From the IMG/VR virus record IMGVR_UViG_3300011971_000139, positions 1 to 51,613 of that record: 51,613 nt of DNA; one strand, given 5' to 3'. The stretch comes from a virus (Duplodnaviria; Caudoviricetes). Below are positions 28,974-38,948 of the stretch, piece by piece (the first letter of the stretch is position 1; the number at the start of each line of letters is the position of its first letter). The notes below the pieces were generated by a model that saw nothing but the letters and a program-made list of their open reading frames with translations, searched no databases and was not told the DNA's origin. Both the position numbers and the translations under genes were made by a program.

Positions 28974-30709
28974 CTCCCAAACAACTTATTGCGGTCCATG
29001 AATTCAACGCGATAAATAACCTCAATCTCTTTAACGTCAATAAGAAATTGGCTCACACAGTCCGGTGCGTCATCGTGCTCGCTAAAATCTTGACCCGAGA
29101 AATCCAGGACCTGATCATTGAAGGCCTCATCTTCTTCGTTGAAAATTATCTGGCCAGTATTGACTCCCTGGATGATCGTCGAGATCTTCTCGTCCTTGTT
29201 CGTTCTCTGCATTTTGTTTATAAATTCGATCTGTCTGTTTCTCAGTTCCGGTTCTTTTGTAATTAACTCTTTTATCTTTAGTACATCAGCACCGCTGTAC
29301 AGATTTTTCTCGACGCTGACGTGAGTAATGTCCACATACATTTTTAATAACTCGATCACCTTTGAACAGAAATCGTCAAACCCTAGCTTTGCGAGTATCC
29401 CTTTTCTCACATATGCAAAATCATTAGTCGCAATCGATCCGACGCACACGGCCGTATAGTCTGACTTAATACTAACGCTGGAGGCTGGATCACATACGAG
29501 CATGGTCTTTTCCCAGGTATGCTCTTCAATCTCTTTGGCCGGTTGGGTCTTCATGGACTTAAACCACTTATCCCCAATCTTGGAGGCATCGTTCATCATT
29601 TCTTGCTTAAAGGCTATGGGATTATTAAAGTAATCAATCGCCAGATCCAGACAATCGTATTTGTCATCCCAAACTGTAGCATAATGCATTTCCTTTTCAT
29701 GCTGGTAGTAAAATTCCTTTGCCTCGGACACTGAGTCCTTCAGTTTATCGTCAAAATATATTTTGCCGAACTCTTCCCATAGGCCCTCGTGGAAAAAGGC
29801 GTCTACATCAAAATCGACGACTCTTCTTAGAATGTGTTTGTAGTCTTTGTTCAGTAAGAGCCTCGACATATAACAGTTTTTGTGGAGGATCGTACCAAGA
29901 ACTATGAACTTCGTTGCGGGCTTAATCTTTTTACCGCCCCGGTATACCGCCTTATCCCCAGCGTAGGCGCTGTCTTCAACCCAGGTATTATATTTTTTGT
30001 CTCTGCTTTCCTGGGTAACAACATCGGCCCTACCTTGAAAGTCATCCGCGATAATGGCGCTCGGTCTGCTCCCCGCGTATTTCTTCCCTCTCATACTAGA
30101 GGTGGAGGAAATAGCCTGGATCTTTGTCTTGTTTGTAAGCTCGAGCTCCAACTTATTGACGGTGAAGTCACCGGGCTTAATCAATTTACCAAAGGCGGCT
30201 ATTAAATAAGGATTCTCCTCGAAGGCTTGTCTTGCTTGAGAGATGAACTCCGTGGAGTCCGACTCAGTTTTACCCGCAACCAATGTGTACTTCGATTTCT
30301 CATAAGCATGCAGCCATACTGACAGAGCAAAGTCTAGCACCGTTGTCTTTGCGCACCCTCGAGGCCAGGCGACTTCTATCTTGTCGAACTCATCCTGTAA
30401 AAACATCTTATCGAGCTCGTCCCATACCTCGAGGTGGAGTGGTGCCAATTCTCTGGCGGCGTTAGTCTTCTTAGGGATGAACGTATCTTGCAAGAAGTAC
30501 CGACAGAAAAAAGGGATACTAAGCGATCCTATACTGTAGGCAAGGCCCCGGAAACCAAAGAGGTTATTTATGTGTTTCAGGATTAATGCTTCAGTGCTTG
30601 CCGCTGCTTGTTTCGGGCTTGCCCCGCTCGTAATGAATTGTTCATAGATTGCTTCGTACAAAAGCTGTCTGTTCTGTTCCTCTTCGGTCACGGTCTCCAT
30701 TGCTTGCAT
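28970..30709 (-). CDS. terL: Terminase large subunit
   Basis: Walker A PRGCAKTT, Walker B IIADD, nuclease motifs DPA...HDDAPD. Confidence 0.93.
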   Translation of the reverse strand: MQAMETVTEEEQNRQLLYEAIYEQFITSGASPKQAAASTEALILKHINNLFGFRGLAYSIGSLSIPFFCRYFLQDTFIPKKTNAARELAPLHLEVWDELDKMFLQDEFDKIEVAWPRGCAKTTVLDFALSVWLHAYEKSKYTLVAGKTESDSTEFISQARQAFEENPYLIAAFGKLIKPGDFTVNKLELELTNKTKIQAISSTSSMRGKKYAGSRPSAIIADDFQGRADVVTQESRDKKYNTWVEDSAYAGDKAVYRGGKKIKPATKFIVLGTILHKNCYMSRLLLNKDYKHILRRVVDFDVDAFFHEGLWEEFGKIYFDDKLKDSVSEAKEFYYQHEKEMHYATVWDDKYDCLDLAIDYFNNPIAFKQEMMNDASKIGDKWFKSMKTQPAKEIEEHTWEKTMLVCDPASSVSIKSDYTAVCVGSIATNDFAYVRKGILAKLGFDDFCSKVIELLKMYVDITHVSVEKNLYSGADVLKIKELITKEPELRNRQIEFINKMQRTNKDEKISTIIQGVNTGQIIFNEEDEAFNDQVLDFSGQDFSEHDDAPDCVSQFLIDVKEIEVIYRVEFMDRNKLFGR

Positions 30710-30764
30710 AAGATCACCTCCCAGTGCTTACTTCATTTTTAGAATTGGGTGTGCGCGCATTCAC

Positions 30765-31148
30765 TTAACTAGGCTCGTACTTAGCTTTAAGCTCAAAGTA
30801 CTTTGCTCGCTCTGTTATCTCCCATCGTTCCTTGCGCTGTTTTTCAGCCTCTTCAATTTGCAGTCGCCTAGCTTCACAGAGTTCTTGATACTCGTTTTCT
30901 TTAAGTACTCCGAGTTTCTTAAGTTCCTCTACCATCCATTTGTTACTAGTGCCCTCAAAGATGTGACGTTGAATCCCATAAGATTTATAGACCTGAACTT
31001 CTCTATCATCGTCCTGCTCTAGGACCATGAGCCCTCCGTCTGTGGTGGCTAAAACAATAGCCTCAGCGAATTGAGCGCAGTGAATAAAGGCAATTGCTTT
31101 CCCTAGGATGTCTTCACCCTTTTCAATAAAATACATTCTATAACCCAC
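30765..31148 (-). CDS. Hypothetical protein
   Basis: 127-aa ORF with a GAGGTGG RBS. Confidence 0.65.
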   Translation of the reverse strand: MGYRMYFIEKGEDILGKAIAFIHCAQFAEAIVLATTDGGLMVLEQDDDREVQVYKSYGIQRHIFEGTSNKWMVEELKKLGVLKENEYQELCEARRLQIEEAEKQRKERWEITERAKYFELKAKYEPS

Positions 31149-31149
31149 C

Positions 31150-31692
31150 TCATTTAACTCTCACGCTCGACGCGGCGTACTCGTCTTGAACCCACCGAGG
31201 AAGAACCTCGTCAAGCTGTTTCCTAAAAATCAAATATAGGTTAAGTGATATCCGGTTGGAGCCGAAGAAGTAGATCGGGTTGACATAGTACTGCGTGATC
31301 GTGTCATGCCCTACCAGCACCGTGACCTTAGCCAGCATACTCACCTTGATCATGCTCCGCACAAAGTCTCTAGCCTGGTATGCTTTCAATCCAACGATCT
31401 GCCCTATCTGCTCCTCGTTGTATGCCTTCACCCCACCACCGCCTCGGTAGCCTAACATGTTGGTAGTAGACCACATATGCTTGGCGAGTGTGGCCATCTG
31501 CCCACGTTCCTTCATGGTCATACTCACCGGGAAGTCTGTATCGACAAAGGATTTAGCAAAGTTCTTACGAGCCCAAAACAGGTAACCCTTCTCGGTATGG
31601 AACGCGGCGGCTAAGTGCTGGACCTTCTCACTCGTGATCTCCCCGCTATCCGGATTAATGTATTGAGTCTTTTTAATAAGGCTGTTACTCAC
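31150..31692 (-). CDS. RepL-like winged-helix protein
   Basis: YINPDSGEI at the N-terminus, an HTH-like core, and YYVNPIYFF near the C-terminus. Confidence 0.6.
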   Translation of the reverse strand: MSNSLIKKTQYINPDSGEITSEKVQHLAAAFHTEKGYLFWARKNFAKSFVDTDFPVSMTMKERGQMATLAKHMWSTTNMLGYRGGGGVKAYNEEQIGQIVGLKAYQARDFVRSMIKVSMLAKVTVLVGHDTITQYYVNPIYFFGSNRISLNLYLIFRKQLDEVLPRWVQDEYAASSVRVK

Positions 31693-31899
31693 ATTAAACC
31701 GCGTTCCCTTCCAGTTGGTTTTTGTACCCTTTTTAGGCTCAAAATCAGTCCAAAAACCAATCGCTAAATATGGTCTTAACCCTTGGCACTAATAGAGTGT
31801 AGCGATTTAGCCATGTAAAGATACTATAGTACTTACGTTACATCTTTACATGGAGCCTACCATTTGAGCCTCCCAGCGGACCACCTCCTACCTGCCTAC

Positions 31900-31992
31900 C
31901 GAGGGTGAAAAGTTTTTCTGGAAAATGTGAAAGCGATTGTTGAGGCTACCGCCCCGATATAGGCGATGTCCAGAAAAGAAGGTGCCCCCTCG
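31900..31992. other. Putative packaging (cos/pac) site
   Basis: Non-coding DNA between terS and terL. Nested inverted arms CGAGGG/CCCTCG and TTTCTGGA/TCCAGAAA surround a GC-rich core GGCTACCGCCCCG. Confidence 0.45.
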
Positions 31993-32246
31993 CTGAATTA
32001 ATAGCAGTTGGGTCCTATAATAGGTACTATGACAAGTTAAGTACTAATTGGTGCAACCTCTACACCCTTAGGGAGAGTAGGAGAACAGGCGCTATAACAG
32101 AATACATGTAAAGTAGTAACTGAGAATACATAGCCTATGTGTGCGAGTTATGGATGAATTGTTTGCGCCTGACAGACAACTCACACCCGAGCGACCCTCA
32201 GCCGTCAAAATCCCAGACATCCAGACAAGATAGAATCACACATAAA

Positions 32247-32271
32247 GCAATCAGGTGTAATACCTGATTGC
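32247..32271 (-). terminator. Hairpin after the terS-like gene
   Basis: GCAATCAGGT-GTAAT-ACCTGATTGC. Confidence 0.55.
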
Positions 32272-32793
32272 CTAATTAATATCGATTGTCTCCACTTTGT
32301 TTAACTGCCTCATATGCTTAAAGGTATCTTGTATCTCATCAAGCATAGGTACTCTTACCTCTATTGTTTTCTCCACTTCATGCTTATCTCTCCACTCTAG
32401 TTTCTTCCTGTTCTTCAACCAGAAGATCATGGATGTCGGATCTGCGAGAACCTCTTTAGTGACTCGCTTGGTCTCGACCATCTCATACCCAACTATCAGG
32501 TCATGGTCCCATTTGTCATATATGGGCATGCGTTCTTTCGTGATCTCATCATATCTAAAGCCCTGTGTACGCTTGAACAGAGCGTTCTCAACCATTATGT
32601 CTGCTTCTTCTTTACCCCTTTTTAAGGCATCGCGCAAAATGCTATGCTGGATTTTGTACCGTTGTAGAGTTGCTACATTTATTCCCAAATTATGGGCAAT
32701 GTCTTTCTCTATGAGGCCATCCCTACACCAGGCCTCGACGAGCACTAATTTATTTTCTACCCCTGGCCATTTGCTTGTTGCCATATGGGCCAA
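32272..32793 (-). CDS. Putative terminase small subunit (HTH)
   Basis: AWCRDGL..KDIAHNLGI...ALKRGKEEAD..VENALFKR..G...IFWLKNRK..EWRDK. Confidence 0.75.
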   Translation of the reverse strand: MAHMATSKWPGVENKLVLVEAWCRDGLIEKDIAHNLGINVATLQRYKIQHSILRDALKRGKEEADIMVENALFKRTQGFRYDEITKERMPIYDKWDHDLIVGYEMVETKRVTKEVLADPTSMIFWLKNRKKLEWRDKHEVEKTIEVRVPMLDEIQDTFKHMRQLNKVETIDIN

Positions 32794-32796
32794 CTC

Positions 32797-32985
32797 CTAA
32801 CCTAGATATACACCTCTATTTGAGCGCATCGCCTTATCGGACGCGTCGAACTCTGTATCTATGTGAAACTCGTTAACCATTTTTGAGTGGTTAAGACATC
32901 GGATATCCGCCCAGACGTGACAGTTCGGGCAGTTCTGCTTCGCCGTTGGATCCTTCGGTTTATAATCTTTACACAATATTGCCAT
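32797..32985 (-). CDS. Cys-rich hypothetical protein
   Basis: GAGGAGG RBS before MAILCKDY, with a CPNC motif. Confidence 0.6.
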   Translation of the reverse strand: MAILCKDYKPKDPTAKQNCPNCHVWADIRCLNHSKMVNEFHIDTEFDASDKAMRSNRGVYLG

Positions 32986-33109
32986 GGTTGTACCTCCTCT
33001 GAGCAAAAGGAAAAAGAGCCCAAATGGCTCTTTAAAAAAGTACCTCTCACTATTAGGTGCAAATCGTAAGACAAAAGTATGTTTTTATTTTCTAGGTATC
33101 CGTGAAATG

Positions 33110-33632
33110 CTAGAATATCGCGGGTTGAACGGGCATTTTGAAGACGATTCCATTGTCAGTTAGGTCAGATACCATGTGATATATTTTATCTTCCGCCCTT
33201 CTGACTAGCAGCTGGACCGTGCCCTTTTGTATATTCATAATCTTAGCAGCCACTCCGAAAGAATAACCACTGCCTCTGACAAAAGCATAGGCCTCTCGCT
33301 CTTTAGCACTTAGAACTTTTAAGACTATCCCTAAATCCTTAATGCGCCTTTTTCATTTCTTTGCTAATCTCTGGAGGATGGCTTTGTATTGCGACTGACC
33401 GGATAAAAGCGACACTCTGCGGATCCATGGGCACTTCTCTTCTCAGAGTACTCAGTCTCGTTATTCCCCGCCAACTGTCTGGGTTCTTGCCCATGGACAT
33501 ATATTTAATTGAGTATTTCAGACTATCTGCGCAACTAGAGAGCAGAGATCTGTCCTCTCTGCCGGTGGCCTCCATTCTAGACTTATTGACATGTCTTAAA
33601 GCAATTCGATATTCCCCGATGAGCTTTTTCAC
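33110..33632 (-). pseudogene. Xpf-like late transcription activator (sigma70 region-4 HTH), frameshifted at the A5 run (33349-33353)
   Basis: The first frame ends EMKKAH*. The shifted frame continues IKDLGIVLKVLSAKEREAYAFVRGSGYSFGVAAKIMNIQKGTVQLLVRRAEDKI to TAG at 33110. The span of 523 nt is 3n+1. Confidence 0.8.
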
Positions 33633-33652
33633 CGTTGGCCACCCCCGATTAT

Positions 33653-33814
33653 TTAATCCATTCTTCCAGTTTGTTCGATCCATATGGCCAAAACGAATGC
33701 AAAGATCGCATCAGCCACATTGTGACCGGCGAATGAGATCATGCCGGTCACAGCCAATGCCAGGCTTACCCACTGACGTGCTCCGTTAATCTTACCAACT
33801 AGGTTTTTCATCAT
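33653..33814 (-). CDS. Small membrane protein (53 aa); absent from the ORF track
   Basis: GGAGGTGG RBS, then MMKNLVGKINGARQWVSLALAVTGMISF...FAFVLAIWIEQTGRMD*. Confidence 0.6.
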   Translation of the reverse strand: MMKNLVGKINGARQWVSLALAVTGMISFAGHNVADAIFAFVLAIWIEQTGRMD

Positions 33815-33889
33815 TTGCCACCTCCGTCGTCCACTTTTGGCAAAGCCAGATATCTGACCCAGAGAATACTTAAGAAATACCTTATGCCT

Positions 33890-34078
33890 TCAAGACTCAT
33901 GGCACTCGTCCCAGGCGATACAATCCTTTGTGCACTTTTCTACCGCGAAAATAAACGGACACTTGATCATTTCTTCTAACCGGCTTGAGTGGCTAGAATT
34001 CACCATGAGAATACATAACAGGTACCCGGCCATTGTCCCGATGAATCCGCCAATTCCTAAGAACATTACATTCGACAT
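33890..34078 (-). CDS. Small membrane-anchored hypothetical protein
   Basis: AAGGGGG RBS and an N-terminal TM segment. Confidence 0.6.
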   Translation of the reverse strand: MSNVMFLGIGGFIGTMAGYLLCILMVNSSHSSRLEEMIKCPFIFAVEKCTKDCIAWDECHES

Positions 34079-34397
34079 CTCAAATCCCCCTTAGGATACT
34101 TAAGTTTCCAGTTACAACCTTTAATGCATGTGTAACACGGGTCACCACCAAGCCTAGCGATCTCCATCTCAGGCAGAAATGAGTATCGGCATTCCCGGCA
34201 TTTTGGTTCATTCTGCAGTGGTTTTTCAGATTCCAAGACCTTGTCTAATCTATCGTCAAGTCTACATAGCTTTTTACTCTTCACTTGATTCAGCCCATGA
34301 ATGCCAATGGCCAGCCCTATTTTCATTTGTTCAAGCATGATCTCGACGTCAGCAATCTCTTCAGTGACGTGCTCCAGTATGTTTCCACTATGCTCAT
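34066..34397 (-). pseudogene. Truncated MazG-like nucleotide pyrophosphohydrolase (C-terminal half only)
   Basis: The frame upstream of the listed ORF reads GNILEHVTEEIADVEIMLEQMK. The ATG at 34397 is in another frame and the first EE..EL helix is absent. Confidence 0.6.
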
Positions 34398-35780
34398 GTC
34401 GATTCTCCTCTCACTTTCTCGATTCTTGCTTTTACTGCATCCATCAAGGCGTCTTGCCCCGCGGCTTTCTGGGCTATGGCCTCGACCACGTCCTCGTCGA
34501 TCGTGCCCTCAGCCACGAGTCGCATGACCATGATCCGCCGCGTCTGCCCTTGCCTATGTACTCTTGCATTCGCTTGCTGATCCTCTTCCAGCGACCACGT
34601 TTGATCGAACCAGACGACTGTTTGACAGCTCGACTCTTGGAGATTGAGCCCATGACCGGCGGATTTTGGATGTAATAACAAAAGTGGTATTTTATCGTTG
34701 TTCCAGTCCTCGATATCCTGACCCCCGTCTTTCCCTTTTCTCAGGATCTTCGCCTGTGGGAAGCGCGCTTGGATCCGAGATAATGCATGCTTGAAGTTGT
34801 AAAAAACCATGACCGGCTTACCATTTGCACCCTCGATGATATCCTCCAGAGCGTCCAGCTTGGCATCGTGGATCTGCTTGATGCCTCGCTCCTCGTCATA
34901 GACCGCGCCGGAGGCCATTTGCAGTAACTTGTTTGACAGTACAGCTGCAGTCACAGCGACGACATCGGCGTCCAAGTATGGGAGTAACATGTCTTTTTCC
35001 AACTTTTTATAAAGCTCCCGCGCCGGTTCGGATAGTTTGATCGGGACGACTCGGTCAATTCTCTCAGGTAGTTCAAGCCAATCCTTGGACTTCATACTCA
35101 CGGCGATATCGGATATGGCCTCGTAGATCCTCTGCTCTGCTTCCTGCTTTTCCTTCCACTCGTAAACCACATGGCCACTTCTTGCACCGGCTGTGAAGTA
35201 TCGGTCCCTGTAGCTGGTGATTGTCTTGCCAAGGCGTTGACCTTGATCCAGCAGATAAACCTCTGGCCATAGGTCCATCAAACCATTGGGTGCCGGCGTG
35301 CCGGTTAATCCGATCACTCGTTTCATCATGGGCCGGACTCGACGCAATGCTCTGAACCTCTTAGACCGGCCATTCTTGAAACTGGATAACTCATCGATCA
35401 CCACAGTGTCGAAGTTCCACGCTGTACCCAGCTCACCGACTAACCATTCAACATTCTCCCGATTGATCACCCAGATATCAGCATCAGCCTTCAAAGCTTT
35501 TCGGCGCGTGTCGGCGCTCCCTAAAATTTTACTGATCCGTAAGTGCTGCAGGTGATCCCATTTCTCAGCCTCACGGGCCCAGGTATCATCGGCTACCCTC
35601 AATGGTGCGATGACTAAGACTCTAGTTGCGTCATAATAATCATTCAGCAGGAGATCGATCGCGGTCAGTGTGCTTACAGTTTTGCTAACCGAGGCCCATC
35701 TCTAGCAGTAACGCAATGTAATGGGTATCTAGTATTCGTTGTGTCGCATATTCTTGGTACTGATGTGGGATGAACTTCAT
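34394..35780 (-). pseudogene. SNF2-family helicase interrupted by a 4-nt insertion in Walker A
   Basis: MKFIPHQYQ...LLEMGLG[TTAG]KTVSTLTAI...VIAPLRVA...IDELS...LTGTP...GHGLNLQ...RVHRQGQ. Confidence 0.9.
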
Positions 35781-36064
35781 TTGGCATCACCTCTATTCTC
35801 GTTAATAAATTGGTCAATGTCCTCGTGAGAGTCGATCTTGTAAACTCGGTGTCCGGTGCTCCTCAAGATCTTAGCCCACCACTTCTGGAGTGGCTTCAGT
35901 GGTTTACCCGGTGCTTTCATCTCCACGAATAGAACTCGCCCGCCTGGTAGTAATACCAATCGGTCGGGAACTCCTCTTGTACCTGGTGACACCCACTTGG
36001 GCGCTCGGCCGCCAATCCGTTTTACTTCCCGGACGAATCGACTCTCTAGTTCTGACTCTAGCAA
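35777..36064 (-). CDS. VRR-NUC domain nuclease
   Basis: KWVSPG.RGVPDRLVLLPGG...FVEMKAPG. Confidence 0.93.
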   Translation of the reverse strand: MLESELESRFVREVKRIGGRAPKWVSPGTRGVPDRLVLLPGGRVLFVEMKAPGKPLKPLQKWWAKILRSTGHRVYKIDSHEDIDQFINENRGDAK

Positions 36065-36297
36065 AGTACTTCACCTTCGGGATCTGGAACACACCAAAGC
36101 CAAGTGCTGCCGGTATTGATCGTTCTCACGTTAAGTTCTTTTCGTGCTGCTTTTAACTCTGTCTTGGTAATGCCCCGTTTTGCACAATACTCTTTTACTT
36201 CGTCATACGGCTTAGGCTCGTCGGCCAAATACTCGGCCAACATCATGGCGGCGTACTCAACCCGTTCTGCTTTTGTCGATCCGTAATTATCACTCAT
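36058..36297 (-). CDS. Hypothetical small winged-helix-like protein
   Basis: GITKTELKAARKELNV...WLW, with an AAGGGGG RBS. Confidence 0.65.
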   Translation of the reverse strand: MSDNYGSTKAERVEYAAMMLAEYLADEPKPYDEVKEYCAKRGITKTELKAARKELNVRTINTGSTWLWCVPDPEGEVLC

Positions 36298-36359
36298 TGT
36301 GAATGCCCCCTTCGATTGGTGATCTAGTATCCCTCACACATGCGTTATGTGCCTAAATG

Positions 36360-36600
36360 TGTGTTAGCATAGGGCTTGTATATATACGTGTTCTATTACC
36401 CCTATGCTCTATTACTTATCTCTTTATAGGGTTATTTACTGATACATTAGATACAAGCAGGGGTTAAGCCTTGGTGCATAAGGGTTAAGGCTGTATCAGA
36501 TAAAATATATTGTCTGTTATATGTCTGTTACATCTGATACACCAAAAGTATCAGTAATATCAGATAAGTATCAGATTAAATATGAATCTGTTACACCCTG
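36360..36600. other. Putative phage replication origin
   Basis: AT-rich non-coding DNA just after the VirE-type primase-helicase. It has GATACA/TGTATC, ATCAG and TCTGTTA repeats, plus the inverted repeats AGCATAGGG/CCCTATGCT and TTAAGCCTT/AAGGGTTAA. Confidence 0.65.
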
Positions 36601-38933
36601 TCAAAAACGGTTTGTAATCCATAGACAGGTATGCGCACTCTACCATTTCGTTCTTTCCACCCAGGTATGCGCCGAAAGATGTCACATATTTCACGTGCCT
36701 CCCAGGGACGCATAGAACCAATTCTGTTATGCAAACATTCCGCCCACACTTGAGATGCACATACACGCTTGTGGAATCTCTCATCGGTGTCCGCTATACG
36801 CCACTCTTCTTCAATGGGTGACTCGATCCACTCCTGGATCAGTCCAACACGTGGGTCATCCTCCATATGCATTCCCTGAATACGTGAAGCCTGCTGCTCG
36901 ATCTCTGGTGACAATGTAAGCGCCTCGCCTTTTCGGTACGCCTCCAAGACCTCTGCCCATATCTGTGTGATCTCGTACTCGGAGAGATCCGTAAATATAC
37001 TCTTGACTCGTTTCTCCGGATCGATCGTCACTGGCCAGAATCGACGGTTGCCTGTCGGGTCCTTTAGAAAATTACAGTTATTCGTGGTCCCAAAAAACAC
37101 GCACTTTCGTGGAAAATCTGTAACTACCCGATCATAAGCCACTCGATATTTGTCGGACCGCTTAGTGATAAACTGCTTAATCTCATCCACTTCGGTCTTG
37201 GTCATGCCTGCCAGCTCACCGAACTCAAATATCCATGCCGACTGTAGATGCTCCCCAGCATCCTTGGAATCAAAGTTTTTAAGTGAATCGCTGAACCAGT
37301 TCTTAGCCATCATCTGAATGATCGTGCTTTTACCGGCGCCTTGCGGGCCAACCAGAACCAGCATATAGTCAAATTTGCATCCGGGTTCATAAAGTCTTTT
37401 GACCGCTGCAATAAACATTTTTCGCGTGACTTCTTTGACATAGTCCGAGTCTTCAGCACCTAAGTAATCTATAAATAAGCGATCGATCCGCGGCGCTCCG
37501 TCCCACCTCTGCTCTTCTAAGTACTCGATAATAGGATGAAATCGATTAAGATGTGATACTTCCGTGAATGCGTTTTGAATGATATTGGCGGACTTGATCT
37601 CGTACTTCTTACCGAACCAGTGCTGAAGTCTCCTGTCATCTGCACCAAGCCAGGGCTCATACTCCTCATGCTTGCGCTCACGATCACGCCAGGGTAATCT
37701 CTTTCGGATGACCTCGGTATTGCCGAAATCATCATAAGCCAGCACCCCGTCCCACCGTCCGTAAGTTAGGAGAACCTCCACATTATTTGAGTTAGATAAG
37801 GGTTTACCAGTCTTTGAATTCATCTTTAATAGGTCGATCCATTTCTTCGTATCAGCCTCGGGCTTCTCTTCTTCCTCGGTCTCTGTGCCTGCGAAGTCCT
37901 CGGATAGTTCAGACAACCGCTCACGCTTGACCTTTCCATCTTGCGAGGCGAAGGCCACCATGGCCGTATGACTTGGCAGTTTGTCGATATTGGTTTTCTC
38001 ACTGGCCCGATCGTCCAGCTTGCCAAACTTGTGCAGCCGTACTAAGTCAAAGGCATTAACCTCTCGGCCTCCGCAAGGATCGCTCTCATGGTGGGAATAG
38101 GCGAAGGTGTCCTCGTCATACACGACCAAACCCCCGAAGCTACTGGCGCCAACGTGTGTATACCTGGTCAAACTATCGTCCACAGAATCGTAGATGTCCG
38201 GCAGGAAGACCGCAATGGCCTCGCTGATGGAGTAGCATCGGCAGAATGCTCCTACTACTCCCAACTTAGCTTTAGGATCCTCCATTCGCCTGGACGTTTG
38301 CCTTTGCACCTTATCATCAACGTGCCGTGGCCACTGGAGAGGATCTTTCCAATTGTCATAATCGGAGAGAACACCATCGACGCTTAAAGGATCACCCTCG
38401 CATACTTCCAATACCGGATCAGCATCATTCGAGCAACTCGGTAAGTACATCAAACGGTGGACGTCGAAAGTCGTTTTATCGAAATAATCCATGCCGATCT
38501 GCTCCGCCAGTTTACGACTGACCGCCCCGTATGCATCGGGACTAATGGCACGATCAGTCGGTGTCACTAGCCGGTATTTAGGCTTCTCAGGGCGATGGCT
38601 GTGCGTGGAGTAGATTACATAGGCTGTGCCTCCTAGCACGAGCTCAGTGGCAAATAGAAAGTCCTCAGTCGCGTGATCCACGTCCAGCGTGATCAGGCAA
38701 CGCGTGTCGATGTTCTCTTTCTTCCGGCGTCCGCCTCGGACTAATCCGCCCACAAACGCCGGACCATCTTTGATCTTGCCTCGACCGATATTATTCATCT
38801 TGGCATACTGCTCCATCGTCTCGGATGTTCGTCGGACCTTCCTCAGCCGATCGACGAACTCATCCCAGTTTAAGTACTCCGGCTTCCAGTTTGTATCCGT
38901 CCTATTCTTGCCGAAACTTATATCTAGTTCCAT
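36591..38933 (-). CDS. VirE/VapE-family primase-helicase
   Basis: N-terminal prim-pol motifs TLDVD...YSTHSH. C-terminal LVGPQGAGKST...EFGEL...FFGTTN...DPTGNRRFWP. Confidence 0.93.
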   Translation of the reverse strand: MELDISFGKNRTDTNWKPEYLNWDEFVDRLRKVRRTSETMEQYAKMNNIGRGKIKDGPAFVGGLVRGGRRKKENIDTRCLITLDVDHATEDFLFATELVLGGTAYVIYSTHSHRPEKPKYRLVTPTDRAISPDAYGAVSRKLAEQIGMDYFDKTTFDVHRLMYLPSCSNDADPVLEVCEGDPLSVDGVLSDYDNWKDPLQWPRHVDDKVQRQTSRRMEDPKAKLGVVGAFCRCYSISEAIAVFLPDIYDSVDDSLTRYTHVGASSFGGLVVYDEDTFAYSHHESDPCGGREVNAFDLVRLHKFGKLDDRASEKTNIDKLPSHTAMVAFASQDGKVKRERLSELSEDFAGTETEEEEKPEADTKKWIDLLKMNSKTGKPLSNSNNVEVLLTYGRWDGVLAYDDFGNTEVIRKRLPWRDRERKHEEYEPWLGADDRRLQHWFGKKYEIKSANIIQNAFTEVSHLNRFHPIIEYLEEQRWDGAPRIDRLFIDYLGAEDSDYVKEVTRKMFIAAVKRLYEPGCKFDYMLVLVGPQGAGKSTIIQMMAKNWFSDSLKNFDSKDAGEHLQSAWIFEFGELAGMTKTEVDEIKQFITKRSDKYRVAYDRVVTDFPRKCVFFGTTNNCNFLKDPTGNRRFWPVTIDPEKRVKSIFTDLSEYEITQIWAEVLEAYRKGEALTLSPEIEQQASRIQGMHMEDDPRVGLIQEWIESPIEEEWRIADTDERFHKRVCASQVWAECLHNRIGSMRPWEAREICDIFRRIPGWKERNGRVRIPVYGLQTVFDRV

Positions 38934-38948
38934 AGGTTTTCACCTCTC

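Noticed and set aside
35685-35688. Genome-wide TAG reassignment or readthrough
   Set aside because: Readthrough alone would not restore the frame, and TAG ends many genes normally in this window.
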